Assembly: GCA_013265495.1 (NCBI GenBank)
Contig: MU058815.1
Span: 752,523-816,522 of the forward strand
DNA from: Vicugna vicugna
Lineage: Eukaryota
Direction: 5' to 3'
Length of the DNA: 64,000 bases
The position numbers were made by a program, and so were the translations under genes. Each line of letters begins with the position of its first letter. The first letter of the stretch is position 1. The notes under the pieces were generated by a model that made no database searches, had not been told where the DNA came from, and was given only the letters and a program-made list of their open reading frames with translations. Shown piece after piece: positions 36,271 to 49,613 of this stretch.

Positions 36271-37799
36271 AATCACAGTCTGCAGTACTTCTGCTGGTGG
36301 AGAAGACCTGCCCCCCAGAAAGATGGTCACAAATGGTTCAGACAACTGGTAGACCTCGTACTTCTCACGCACAATATTCATTACTTTCAGACACCTTATA
36401 GTTAAGGCAATTATTTGTAAGCTCTGTCAAAACTAAATTAAAGACCATTTGACCAGGAAATCAAATACCTAATAAAAAAGGAACTACTTTTATCCTGGTG
36501 TACACAACCAAAATGTTGAAACACATACAGCAAAAAAACAAGATATCAGTAAGATAACTGTCCTGTATAGAATGCAATAATGCTTAACTTGGTAAACTTC
36601 ATTTTTATATGATTGTTATATGAATGCTTGCTATTCATCAAGGGGGGAAAATCTTCTTTAATTATCTTATGTACACATCTGCTCCCTTCCATATTACTTA
36701 CTAGTTTAAGGGACAACAGCTTTGCTGGTTTCATGATAAGACAGAGAGACAAAGAATGAAATTTAATGCTGCCATTAAGGGGTAGAGTATTAATTTAACT
36801 TTCATCAATGTGACTACTGAAAGTTCATTGAAAATCCATACTCTTGCTTTTATAATAGAGAAGGATAATTAATTACAAAAAATATAACAAATATATTTTC
36901 TAGATGGATATAGAGTTATGTTTTAATAAACTGGCTTCTTATGTATTATATATAACATAAGGTAATTCACACTTTCTGAGTAAGCTCTGGGATATACACT
37001 TGGCAGTGGTGGTTCTTGAAAAATAAAAGTGCAGTGAGGCTACAGATGGATATAGATTAAAACCTGCCCTTTCTGTTCCCCCTCTGGCTGTGTATGAGCC
37101 ATTGTCTCTCCCGTAATGGTGTAAACGAGAGGAGGGAGATGTATGTGTTCTGATGCTTTAATGCCAAAGAGCCCCCATGGATCTGGGCAGAGCTTGTTTC
37201 ATTAGGATGAATATAAAATTTCTGCATTAGAGCTTGGTCTGGGCATACTATAAGGTAATTGAATAATCCATTCAAAATCTAAATGTGACTCATTGTAAAT
37301 GCAGGATTTGTGTTACTACCAAATTGCCTTGTTCTTGGAAGTTTTATTTGTTCCAGTGTCACGTCTGTCAAATCTTGCAGAGTTGTTAGACTTATAATGA
37401 AGGCTCTAAACAAAGCAAATAATGGTCTGAGTGACTCCCTAGATGACTAAAAACTGGGTGTACTTTCATAAGAGAATAATGTATGCAGTCATTATCACGT
37501 CTGGAAATGTGAAGGATAGCATCATCTGGGTACCCATGATTTTTCTTTCTTGAAATAACCTTATTATTCACTGGTTGTTACATAAGATGTATAAATGAGA
37601 TAGTTATTGTAAAGTAGAACTTGGAATGTCACAAACGAGGGAAGTTTCAGTTTCTGAGGTGTGCACAGGGAATCAGTGGTGACATCTTCCCTTTAACAAA
37701 AGCTCAGATTTGAGACAATTTCTGTTTTAGAAAAGATAGTTCTGTAGCTTCTGGGGACATCCAACAAGGAGGAAGCTGAAAAATCTAACTTAAAATCAG

Positions 37800-40110
37800 G
37801 GTGTGATGCTCAGATGCATGTTAATGAGTCAGCTTAAGAACCACTTTGTAATCTTAATAGCTACCCTTAAGAAAATAACTGAAAAAAAGGAAAAAATTCA
37901 AGAATGGACTAAAAATACTTATTTACCACAAAAGAAGGTAGTCAAAGAGGAATAAAGGAACCCAACAGATAGGAGAAAAACAAAACAGCAAAAAGAATTT
38001 GCAAAAACCTTTAAACCATCATACTTCATTGTGAAATATTAAATGCTTTTCCCTTAAGACTGGATGGAAGGCAAGAATGTCTGCTTTTGCTACTTCTATT
38101 AAACACTATACTCAAGAGTCTAATACACTAAAAGGACATAAAAGTAAGAACAGATTAAAAGCACATAAAGTGGCAAGAAAAAATAAAAGTATTTTTAATT
38201 TGGATAACATACCTCTGTAAATAAGAAGTCTCAAGGAATTAAGAAAAAAACACCTCTGGAGCTAATAAAATTAACAACGTCACAAAATGTAAAATCAATA
38301 TATAAAATAAATTATATTCTTATGTACTAGTAACAAATAATCCAAGTATAAAATTTTAAAATAATTTAATTCATAGTAGTTTCAAATAGAATAAAATTAT
38401 TTGGAATAAATATAACAAAAAATGAAAAATGCATACATTTAAAACTAAAATATATTGCTTATAGATATTAAAGAAGATCTACATAACTGAGTAGACATCT
38501 CATGTTCATCAGTTAGAAGATCAATATTGTCAACATGGAAATATCCTCTAAGCTAATCTATAAATTCAACATAATCTCTGTCAAAATATCTTCAGGTCTA
38601 TTGTGAGAATTTACAAAGTTTATCTACAAATGCAAGAAACCTAGAATAGCCAAACAGATTTTGAAACAGGACACATTTGGAGGACCTACATTACTGATTT
38701 CAAAACTTACCCTAAAAGTGCAGTAATCAAGACATATACATTCATGAATCAGAATCAAAGGGCAAGAAATAAGTCTTTCCATTTCTGGAAATTAATTTTT
38801 GGTAAAGGTGCAAAGGTGATTCAATGGGAGAAAAGATAGTGTTTTCAACAGTTGGTGCTGGAATAATTGGATATTCATATGTAAAAATTATAAACTTAGA
38901 CTCTTACCTCAAATCATATACAAACATTAACTTGATATGTTTTGTAGGCCTAAATTAAGAGCTCAAGCTATAAAACTTCCAGAAAAAACAAACAAACATA
39001 AAATATAAAAGAAAGTCTTTGTGACCTTAAGTTAGGCAAAGATTGCTTATATAACAACATCAAAGCATGACCTCAGGTAGGATAACCCTGATAAATTTGA
39101 CTTCATCAAAATTAAAAAAATATGTACTTCATAAGATCCATTAAAGATATGGAAAGGCAAGCTAAAGACAAGGAGACGGTATTTGCATATTATTTATTTG
39201 AAAACGAAATAGTATCCTGGATGCATGAAGAACTCTTAATACTCAAAAACAAGGAGTCAAATAATCCAACTAAATAATGTATAAAAGATTTCAATAGACA
39301 TTTCATCAAAGATATATATATATATACATATGGCTAATAAATACATGAACTGCTACACATTACGCATCATTGGGGGACTGGAAATTAAAATCACAATGAG
39401 ATACCACTACACGTTCATTAGAATGTTATAAACAAAAAGACACAGAATATCAAGAGTTCACAATGATGTGAAGAAACTGGAACCTTTATTCATAACTGGT
39501 GAAAATTTTAAATGGTATAGTCATTTTATAAATGATTTCTTAAGAGTAAAAATACACTGATGATAAGATTCAACTATCTGACTTATTTTGTTACCCCAAG
39601 TGCATGAATGTGTTCACACAGAGATATCCATATGAGTATTCATAGCAACAATATTCATAATATCTAAAATTAGGAACTATATGAATGCTTATCAACTACT
39701 GGATAGGTCAACAAAATACGGCATACCCATACAATGGAATATTAGCCTGTCATTAAAAAGAAAGAGCTACTGAAATCTGCTACAGCTTGGATGAACCTCA
39801 AAAAGTCACACAAAATTGAAAGATGCCAGGAACAAAAGGTCACATATTATAAGAATACATTTATATGAAATGCCTAAAGAAGGGAAGTTTACAGATGTGG
39901 GAGGATCATCAGTAGCCTAGGGCTGAGGGTGGGCACAAGAGTTAATGGTCAATAGACACAAGGGAATTTTCTGAAGTGGTGAAAATGTTCTAATATTGGA
40001 TTGTGATGGTCACCCAGCTCTATAAATTCACTAAAACCAATTATACACTTATAACGGGAATTTTAGGGAATGACAACTATACCTCATTAAAGCCATAAAA
40101 AAATTATTAA
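37800..40110 (+). mobile_element. Ancient L1ME/L1MC-type ORF2 RT/C-terminus plus 3'UTR
   Basis: Degraded sense ORF2 (aatgcttttcccttaagactgg, ttttcaacagttggtgctgg, acaatgagataccactacac) and 3'UTR (tgaaaatgttctaatattggattgtgatgg...tatacctcattaaagc). Confidence 0.85.
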
Positions 40111-40389
40111 TGAAAAAACTCAGAAACAGACCATGCTTAGCTATGGTTTTCTATTTTAACTTATAGACTGTTCTGGGGTTTTCAAATTTTATTTTATTTT
40201 GCATATTTCATAGACATTTGGTTAGCCAAGTCATTTCTGGTTTACCTAGGAGAAAAGTGAATCAAGCTTTCCTGGGATTCTGCAAAGCTGTGGTCTCCTC
40301 TCCAGGACCCCATGACTCACAACAGCAAATACTGTACTTCAAGCCTTCATGCTGTTGTTCCCGGTTCCTGGCGATGCCTCAGATGCAGT

Positions 40390-40690
40390 TTGTCCGCCTG
40401 GGAAGAGGCTTTTTGCTCTTTCACTTTAATCCCAACGCAGTCTCACCTCCCACGTGAAACCTTCCCTGACTGTATTCTCAGCAAACAGGAAATCCCTCAT
40501 GATTGTGTTTTACGATAGTCCAAGCTCACAAGAGCCCTCTCAGACTGTAGGACTGGTAACAATTTCTGCCCTCAGCACAGGTTGTGAAAATCTAGATTTC
40601 AGAGACACTACCTTGCTCACGGGTGTATTATTTGTTCGTGGAATGCAGAAAAGCAATCAAACAATTTGTATTGTCTTGTCCAATTATTTG
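40390..40690 (+). mobile_element. L2 3' fragment
   Basis: ttgtccgcctgggaa...tctcacctcccacgtgaaaccttccctgact...aatcaaacaatttgt. Confidence 0.55.
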
Positions 40691-41894
40691 CATTGATGGT
40701 TTTTGGAGAATCGGGAGTTAAGGTAAGGTCTGAGGACCTGAAGTGTGTTCTGCTATTTAAAAATCTGATACTTATTTTTGTAGGCTTCTCTTAATGAAAC
40801 AGGATATCACTTTAAGATTATTTTGTTTTTTGCGTAAGTTGCTAAAACATACATATTTTGACTTGCGCTCACAACATCAGTTGCTCAGATCCTCGTGTCT
40901 ACTCCTTTATGTTTAGTTCATCTAGTTCTAATCATTCTTTTGTTGCTGAGAAGATTGACTGACCCACTGAAGTCAGGCAATGGGTCCTCAGTCAGCCTCT
41001 GACAGGGTTTGGACAATTATTCAGAAGAGAAACCTTGAGTCATATTTCTTGGTAACAGAGCATTAAAAATTTTTATTTAGTCCCAGGCTAAAGCCCCTGC
41101 GGAACTTTTCTTACCAAAGCAGTCTCCAAAAATAAATTAACACCCAGGACTGATTGTCTTTATAAGTCATTTGTCACATCAATCACACAGTACTGTCAGT
41201 TGTATGCACAGATTCCCAGGTTGACCAGAGAGCCCTTAAGGACTCATTTATATTTCTTATCCCCTCACTCTCCCTCCAGAGTATCTGAATGTAAATTGGT
41301 ACCAGATAAACACATTTGATCGACTGTTTGATTATCAAGACTTCTGTGGCTATTTGAAAATGGTAAATGTGACCATCCTGGAATTAGAGCGGCTCCCTAC
41401 GAATGAGTCCTTGATCGCCCCTTTCTGACTCACGATTATAAAATCAAACTCCCCTGTTACGTCAGATCAGATTTTAGAGTGAAGTAAGTGTAACTCTGAC
41501 ACGATCCAAGGTCCGCAGGTCTGTATCACGAGGTGAAGGAAGTGGTTTATAACTATCAGACCATGTATTTAGCTGGCATTTGAATTCACGTGTGCAACTT
41601 GACAACTTCCAGGCAGGCTGACAGATAAAAGTGGGTCACATCAAGAGACCTGAAATCTTTATCAGTTTAAGAGCTCAGAGATTTGGGAAATCTTTAGAGT
41701 CTCTACTCCTCAGAGCACCATGGCGAAGAGGGGATGGAGAGAGATCTGATATCTCTTGAATCTCCATTAGACCTAGAAAATCATCTGACAGTTCTGTGAC
41801 TGGTTTTGTAATGTGCACCGTGAAATTTATCATGTCCAAATCCGTGGTGCTAATATCAACCATTTTCTGATTTTGGATAAGAAAAAGGAAGACG

Positions 41895-42050
41895 TTTAAA
41901 CAAATCCAAATGTTGCATATTAGAATTGCTTGGGGGAGGCACTTCTAGGCAGTTGAATTAAAATTTCTGGAGGTGACCATCAAATACCAGTGTTCCTTAT
42001 AAACTCCCCAAGTCATTGTACCATGTAGCCAAGTTTAAGAACAAATGCTT
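41895..42050. mobile_element. MER5A-like hAT-Charlie MITE
   Basis: tgcatattagaattgcttgggggag...aaactccccaagtcattgtaccatgtagccaagtttaagaacaaatgct. Confidence 0.65.
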
Positions 42051-43406
42051 AGTGATGCAACTTTGTTGGCATTCTTCATTATCTTCAATTATCTTAGTTA
42101 AAATAGTAATGTGGTAAAACCATTAGCATTCTTGCCAAAATGTTTAAAATGTAAATTATTTAAGCAATATTATTAAGACAATAATTCTCTGACTTTTAAA
42201 GCAAAAGGATACTCTATCTGGTTTTTAAGAGTCCTATCTAGAGCGAAAATGATGTGAAAGAGTAAAAATAACAAAAGATACACAAAATAACTCAGGGATG
42301 TCAACCTGAAATAAAAGCCATCATCAAATTATGAACTAAATGTATCATCGCCTATTGAGGAAATAATGAAAAAGGAAGGTTGAAATCATAAAACGTTATC
42401 TGCAGACTAATATATTATCAAAATACATACATTTAGAAGAGATTAAAATATAAAAAGATACCGATGAGACGATTATTGTTGTAGAGATGTTTAACCTATT
42501 TGCTTAGTCTTTTATACATTTTACCCCAATATTCTGTATGATAAACATAAGACTATTGTGTGATCAGAATATATCTATTTTCTTTCACTGACTCTGATAA
42601 TCTCAGATGAATATACCATATTCATGAACCAATATGGGAACTAGACAAAGAAAAATACATTTAAATTATGAAAACTCTTAAAAAAACGGAAAGTTTTCAA
42701 TGATGTAGGGAGTGCGTCTTGTGTTAGGGGTTTTTGTCTTTTTTGAGAGGTCTGTACCTGAATGTCTCACTGTTTAAAATAACTTTTAGCATTGGCAGGG
42801 CCTCACTGGCTCTTCATTCTTCTTAAATCTTTATTAATCACTACATAAGATACAGAATGTATATTTTTAAAATGTTTTTGGGGTTTCTGGTTCTACACGC
42901 AAAGATCTTGGAGGTCACCGCTCCATCCTGACAACAAGTGAAAAGCTAACAGATTGAAAAGTCAACAGGTCTTCCTGGATCCATCAGAGAAGGGGGGATA
43001 CAGGGCAAACCACTGTCCCCAAGATTCAGGAGACAGACATGTGAACACAGATGGTCACAGGTTTACAGGAGGAGAGACTCACCAGGAGAGACCACTGTGG
43101 GAACATGTACTGAGGCTGGAAACCCTCAAATGTCATTAATGGATTGCTGGAGGCTCATTGCAGACAATGCTGAGAATTAAAACTCCAGGGGGACCCAGTC
43201 ATAGGAGGGCCCCCCCACAATATTGTGAGATTTACCTCCAGATGCTCCCACAGTAAATATCGGAGAAAAATCCCCTCCTGTTTTTGGCAGGGGTAGGGGA
43301 ACATGAACCATTTTGAAATACAACAGAGATGGAAATTTTTTTTTTCTAAAAAGAAATGTAGAAATTAGAAAAAAATGCTGTAACAGAAATGAAGGATGAC
43401 TTTGCT

Positions 43407-44401
43407 TGTGAATAGTAGCCACATATACGTCCTCACAATATGGTGCTTTGACGTGAGGGTGATGTTGCATTAAAGGCACTCGAAAAACAGCAAATGCAAG
43501 AAAAAAAATAGTCTACCTTCTTTCTTTTTCTTAAAGATGCAGTTCTTATGGGATCGATGACCTCTCTGTACCAAAAGGAAAGTAGCATTCTTATCATCAA
43601 AAACAATAAGCTGAAACCTAGAGAATTCCATACAAACTGACCTTGATTAAAAAACAATTTTTCTTGTATTCCTTTAGTTTCCCTGTGTAATTTAGTTACT
43701 TTTTCACACTTACCTCTCTTTGTTCAACCTAATATAAAAGCATGTAGGTTCTGCCATTTCTTGGGGTCTTCATTCCTTATGAGGACTCCTGTGTCATGTA
43801 AAATATATATGTTTTTTACAGTTTTTGCCTCTTCACCTGCCAGAGAATATAGGTTCTTGTCTTGCACAGGAAAGAACGTGACAGCAAGTCACAGTAAAGT
43901 AAAGCAAGTTTATTTTGAGAGATACACACTCCATTGACAGAGTGGGGTCCATCATACCCAGAAGGGAGAGCAGCTCTCGGAGGTACAGATTCCGCAGGCA
44001 GAATACGGGCCATCTCCAAAGGGAAGCGAGAGAGTGAGCGCCAGAGACAGGGATGTTAGTTTTCATGGGCTTGGTAATTTCATATGCTAACAAGCAGGAG
44101 GGTTATTCCAACTGTTTTGGGGAAAGGGCTGGGATTGCCAGGAATTGGGCCCTGCCTACTTTTTGGCCTTTTAAGGTCAGCCTGGGAACTGTCATGGCGC
44201 CTGTGGCTGTGCCATGAGGCTCAAGGTCCACTGGAAGTAGAATCTTCTGCATCTTGGTTCTAACCAGTTTGTCGTGTCCTCAGTTGCTGAGTCACTCCTT
44301 CAGCGGTTGTGCCCTGCCCCCTCTGTCCTGTCTCAAGCTTAATTCTCAGGCCCAGCTGAAAAACTCAAAGAGGGTAGAGGTAAAAACCTATCTTGCTTGC
44401 A
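43407..44401 (+). mobile_element. MER34-like ERV1 LTR, split by a second LTR
   Basis: 5' ...aatatggtgctttgac...aaggcactcgaaaaacagcaaatgcaag; ggtcttcattccttatgaggactcctgtgtcatgtaaaa; 3' aattctcaggcccagctgaaaaactcaaagagggtagagg...ca. Confidence 0.75.
43838..44335 (-). mobile_element. ERV1-class solo LTR related to the 5325-5914 LTR
   Basis: TG...CA termini and an antisense poly(A) signal (tttatt near 43908). It shares sequence blocks with 5390-5860. Confidence 0.8.
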
Positions 44402-46641
44402 ATGGGCTTATTAGCAGAGCAGACATGGCTACTGAAATAAGGGCTGAGTTAGAGGGTATCTCAACAGAATCCACAAAAAACTGAAAAGCGAAGAGAACAA
44501 AGACCAAAAAATGCAGAACAGAATACCCAAGGACTTTGAGACAACCACAAAAGGTGGGACATACACGTAATGGGAATACCAAGAGGAGAAGAAAGAGAAG
44601 AGAACAGAAGAAGCACTTGAAACAACAGTGACGGCGAATTTTCCCCAGTTAATGTCAGACACCGAGCCACAGAGCCAGGAAGCTCAGGGAAAAACGGGCA
44701 TGGTGAATGCCCCCCGGATCCTACAGCTCAGCACGCCAGCACATTATTTCCCACTAGAGAAAACCAGAGACAAAAACAAACCCTGAAAAACAGCCAGAGG
44801 AAGAAAAAGCCCTTACCTATAGGGGAACAAAGATAAGAATTACATCCAACCTCTCAGAAAGCACGAAAGCAAGAAGAGCCTGGAGAGAAACATTCAAAGT
44901 GTGGAGAGAAAACAAAAACAAAAAAACGCCAACTCAGAAGTGACCAGTCAGAAGTGAAGGAGAAATAAAGACTTTCTCAAACAAACAAAAAGTTGACGGA
45001 ATTTTTGCCCAAAAAGCTGCCTTACAAGAAATGTTAAAAGACGTTCTTTAGAGAGAAAGAAAGAATATAAATCAGAAGTGTGGATCTGCATAGAGAAATA
45101 GAACCAAAAAGAAGGAGTAAGTGAAGATTAAAATGTTTTAAATGCCAGTCATCTTGTAATTGGGCTTCTCAAAATGCACTCCAATCAGTCTCACTCAAGA
45201 ACACTGTAGAGCATCCAGGGGTTGAGGGGTTCTGTAATGCCCTTTGCATAATGTTCGCACTTGGTGTGATAGTCTCGGGAGAGCCATTTACATAGCTGAG
45301 GGAGAAACAGTAAACCATTATGGAAATTCTGTCCTGTTATCAGAAAACAATTGGAAGCAAGCCCCGCCAAGGCGCAAATTCCTGCTAAGATGAAAACAAA
45401 TACTGTACACTTAGTCGGAGAGCAGGGTATAATAATAATTTTCTCCTCAACTGTGACGGGATCCGCTGTCCCTAGTGTCTTTTCTATGACAGGTTCCTGA
45501 AGATAAATGTATTCTGAATAACCAGTGACAACTAAGCCAAAGGATTTGTCACAGAGCCCACAGACTACCAAGAGTTGAGAGACAGAGCCACGAGGGAAAG
45601 GGCTGGGTCGTACATCATGGAGAAGAGTCACGGCCATGGTGTTAAATAAAGAGCCTGTCATATGCAGAATGGTGATAAACTGGGCCTCTGCCCCTAAGAG
45701 ATCCATCCCCTGTGCTTTTCCCCTGAAGAGCTCAGATGAAAAGCCTGCAGGTGTGTTGGGGGACGGAGGCTCCAATTGTGCATCCAGAAGCTCCTACCTT
45801 GAAATAGCTTCCGTGAAACCCTGTCAACGCTGGTGGTAAATAATGTTCCACTCTACCCCTGGTGACTTGCTGCAGAGAAAGGCAGGTCTGGGGGTGTTCT
45901 GAAGCACAGCTGCCTTAGCCCGCTCTCTCGGATCTTAAGGGCCCTGCAATGTAGAACTCAGTTCTGCCGAGTGTCCTTCATGTGACATAAGCTGGTCCAG
46001 CTCCTGACGGCAGGTGGCTATTCATCCCGGGACTCCAGGACATTTTATGATAAAGGACAAACTGTGGCTGGCAGAAAGAGAGGGAGCATCATGGCGTTCT
46101 GAGGTCCTTATGCCCAGGAGAGCCAGAACGGGGGCTGCGGCATACTGAAATGGGCAGGACCAGCTCTTCCCACAGCATCAGAGGGCCACACTCGGCTACC
46201 ATGTATCCATGTTTGGAGTTTGGTTGGGCAGAGAATCTCCTGAAATTTTGAAAATTCTAAAAGCTCAAGATCAAGGGAAGACTTTTTTCCCTAATTATTT
46301 TTATATCATTGAAAAGTCACAATTTTGAACAGAAAAAATTTTTAAAGACTCATTCATTAGACATAAGAATGAAATAAAGGACTCCGCCCTACACAGCGCT
46401 GAGCTGATGTGCGTTGTTGCTTTTAGGCCCCTCTCCCTACATTTTCCAGGGCCATTGGCATAACTCAAGTGGCTGCATCTTTAATAGGGGCCTGGTCAGT
46501 ACGTGGCCTGGATCTCCTGCAGACGGTCAGAAATTTGTCCCTGCACTTCACTGCATGGGTCATTTCAGCTGACCCGTGAGTTTTGAAGATTAAGCAGCTT
46601 TGGTTCAACGTGGCTTTGGGTTAATTATTTAGGAAGAAAAA

Positions 46642-46760
46642 GGGTGGGGTACAGCTCAGTGGTAGAGCATCTGCTTAGCATGCATCAGGTCCTGGGTTCA
46701 ATTCCCAGTACCTCCATTAACAAGAAAAAAGGAAAAAAATACACTACAAAAAAAAAAGAA
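46642..46760 (+). mobile_element. Vic-1-like SINE (first of a tandem pair)
   Basis: gggtggggtacagctcagtggtagagcatctgcttagcatgcatcaggtcctgggttcaattcccagtacctcca plus A tail. Confidence 0.9.
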
Positions 46761-46769
46761 GAGTTTTAT

Positions 46770-46929
46770 GGGGGGAGGGTGTAGCTCAAGTGGTAGAGCG
46801 CATGCTTAGCATGCATGAGGTCCTGGGTTCAATCCCCAGCACCTCCTCTAAAAAAATAAACCTAGTTACCTCCCCCACCAAAAAACGTAATACAATAATA
46901 AATAAATAAATAAATAATATGTTAAAAAA
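46770..46929 (+). mobile_element. Vic-1-like SINE (second of a tandem pair)
   Basis: ggggggagggtgtagctcaagtggtagagcgcatgcttagcatgcatgaggtcctgggttcaatccccagcacctcc...aaacctagttacctccccc plus (AAAT)n tail. Confidence 0.92.
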
Positions 46930-48954
46930 AGGAAGAAAAAAAGTTGAACAGAAAAGTCTTCTACAAACATATGCATTTCAAGAAACTCTCAAGTCTATGC
47001 CATCTGACTTTCCTGCTTTTTCTTCACATCCATTAATATTAATTGAGGCTTAATTATGCTGCTTGCTCCACGATGATGGAAAGGGACCCAGCATTGCTGA
47101 ACAGGGAATTGTTCTAACAAGGGCATATATATATATATATATATATAATAAAATTATACTTAGAACAGAGGCCACACAGAATGGGAGGCACGCTGGATAC
47201 AGCCAGAACTGGGGGAGTAGTGAGTAATACATGAGAAAAATACGAAATTCAGATGGATACCACAAAGTAGCCCCGATCAACTTTCTTCTTACAAACCACG
47301 AAACCGACCCCACCTTCAAATGCATCCCCCCTCACCCTTGCTCACACCATAGCTTGTGTCCGGAAGGGCTAGTTCTTCTTCTATCTAAATTTTACTCATC
47401 CTTCCGCTCCCACTCAAACCCTGCCTTTCTGGGAGAGGATCACCAGGCCCCTCCACCTGCAGGATCACCTCCCGCTTCTAGATGTCTGGTCAGGATGGGA
47501 GCAGAGCAGGAGGAATGGGGCACTTTGTTTCCACAATGGTTGACAGTCTTTTCACTTGAAGAAATTAATCTCAAGTCTCTGTTCTGCACTTGCCGGGGTC
47601 CAGAGCCGCTGAGCATTTGTTTACCTTTGATTGTTCCACTTTCTCTTCCATACAGTGACTCCAGTCTTTCTTCATCTCTCCAAAAAAGTAACACCTACCT
47701 TGTTCTCAGTAATATTTTGGTGTGATTTGTCTCAACAATAATGCCTGAACTTCAAGAAACCCAGGCTTTGATTTTTGGACTTTTGTGTATGCATTGTCCT
47801 CTCCTGTAGAGGTCAGTGCTAGGGACCCAACATGTCTTCCATAAATACCTACGCACACTTTTAAGCTTTCCAAAGGTCTTCTTTTATACCTCTGGTTGTA
47901 AAACATGAGGCAAAATGTGTACGATCCTCTTTTGGACCGGATATCTTTAGCTGAAACTTTTGTTACAAAGATGGTGGCACAGCCCAGTTGCCGAGTGCAA
48001 TGAATTTAACGACCAACATTCACGCAAGGCCTGTCAATGGGCGGCTTGTTTGCTCTGAAGGTGAACAACTGCAGTGGTGACATGCAGGTGGTGGACGTCT
48101 CCTGGTCAGAGCAGCTAAAATTCTCTCACCAGCACAGAACCTCATATAAAAAGGCATCAATGACAAAAGTAAGAGAGGCAGAGAGCGCACGTGCACACAC
48201 ACATGTGTGCGTGCACACACACACACGCTGTTGACACCACACACTGAATGGGTGAGCCCTCTCAGACTCACAGCCCGAAGACAGGCAGCCCCCCTCTCTG
48301 GGCTCAGCCTTCTACCACCTCATGCAGGTAATTTTACTTCCCTGAATTTTCTTCCATCTGCTTCAGAAAACAAAAGTTATAGCTCCATTAGGAAAAGTGA
48401 CCTCATTTATAAAATAAATGCAGATACATTTGCCCAGTTATGTATCGTGAGGTCTCACATGCGGTCTGCATTTATGTATGTAATTAAAACACCGGTTGAT
48501 GAATAGCCCAGCGTGCCCTTTGAACTCTCTGCATAAAAAGGAAAAGCTGAAGAAAGATTTCAGTCTTCTACCCTCAGAAAAATTAAGAATGAGATCAGCC
48601 GTGGAATACAGTATCTTCATTAACATTGAAAAAAAACCAAAACCTTAGATGTCTGCTCTCCTGGTTTTATGATTTTTAAATGTGCATATTTCAGTAAGAT
48701 AAAAGATTTCAATTCAATTTAGATCATATCTATTTAGCACCAGTCTAGGACTCTCCTGGGAATAATTTGTAGCACCAAGAGGACATGGTTCCTGCTATGC
48801 AGAGAAAATTGAATTAATAAAACCAGTAGCGGAGTGATTTGTCAGTTTGCGGTATCAATGCGTAGTTTGAGTATTTTAAATTCAAGAGTTGCCACTGCTG
48901 TTTTTCTTGTAGAACTACAGAAATATCCCTCAGACTTCCTCACCACTTTCCCTT

Positions 48955-49613
48955 GTTCTGAGCTGAGAATTAGAACATCTAAACCGATCTGAAATGTCAC
49001 AGCTGACTCTGGGACTAGGCGCCACCATTACCTGGAGGCTTCCCCTGGTCATCGGTGAGGTTTTTATTCAGTAACTACTGACGGTAGAGAGGAGAGCTGA
49101 GCTCCATTCTAACGGGTCCAGAGGTGATGGGCAGTGATGGACATTTTAAAGGGAGAATGAGGGAGTGGGGAGGGGGAGTGAGCAGGCGCTCAAATATAAT
49201 CAGGGAGGTAAAACAAAAACAAAAACACAAAAAGTAGTCAAGAAGGTTGGGTTGGTCAGTAAAAGTGAGTGCGTCGGCTAGTGGCCGTGACCAAAGTCCG
49301 GATTCTGTCCTCCCTCAGAGACTGGGAGACAGAGGCCCTACCCTTACTGATGGTTACTTTTCAAAGGCATGGCCTTCAGGTCCTTGAGAAAGACCCTTCT
49401 GGTTTGTAGGAGATGGAGATACCTATGTGTGTTGTCTCAAAGAAACAGGGAGGTTTACAATTGTAAGAATTTTTCACTAAGTAAGAAAGGGGACTCAGGG
49501 GCCTATGATCAGGTGTCGGCTAGAAAAAGTGGTAAATTCTGTTGGAAGCCTTGAGCTCAGAGGATGTGGCCTTGGGCTGCCAGAAGCCATGCTGGGGTCA
49601 GCCCTGTCTCTTA
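48955..49613 (-). mobile_element. MER31-like ERV1 LTR
   Basis: gagactgggagacagaggccctaccctt...ttcaaaggcatggccttcaggtccttgagaaagac...tttacaattgtaag...tcaggggcctatgatcagg. Confidence 0.7.

Larger units (their letters stand above)
42879..45135 (+). mobile_element. Old L1M (L1MC-like) 5'UTR plus ORF1 remnant, interrupted by nested LTRs
   Basis: ORF1 sequence tgtaacagaaatgaaggatgactttg is interrupted at about 43405 and resumes atgggcttattagcag at 44402. Later ORF1 motifs include aaagataagaattacatcc and gaaggagaaataaagactttctca. Confidence 0.8.

Noticed and set aside
45191..45775. Longest ORF in the track (194 aa, minus strand)
   Set aside because: It has a non-ATG start, no recognisable domain and no exon context. 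It is consistent with a chance ORF.
46773..46848. tRNA-Ala(AGC) gene-like cloverleaf (also at about 46642, 22680 and 18835)
   Set aside because: All four carry SINE tails or TSDs and diverge from each other, so they are SINE heads rather than tRNA genes.
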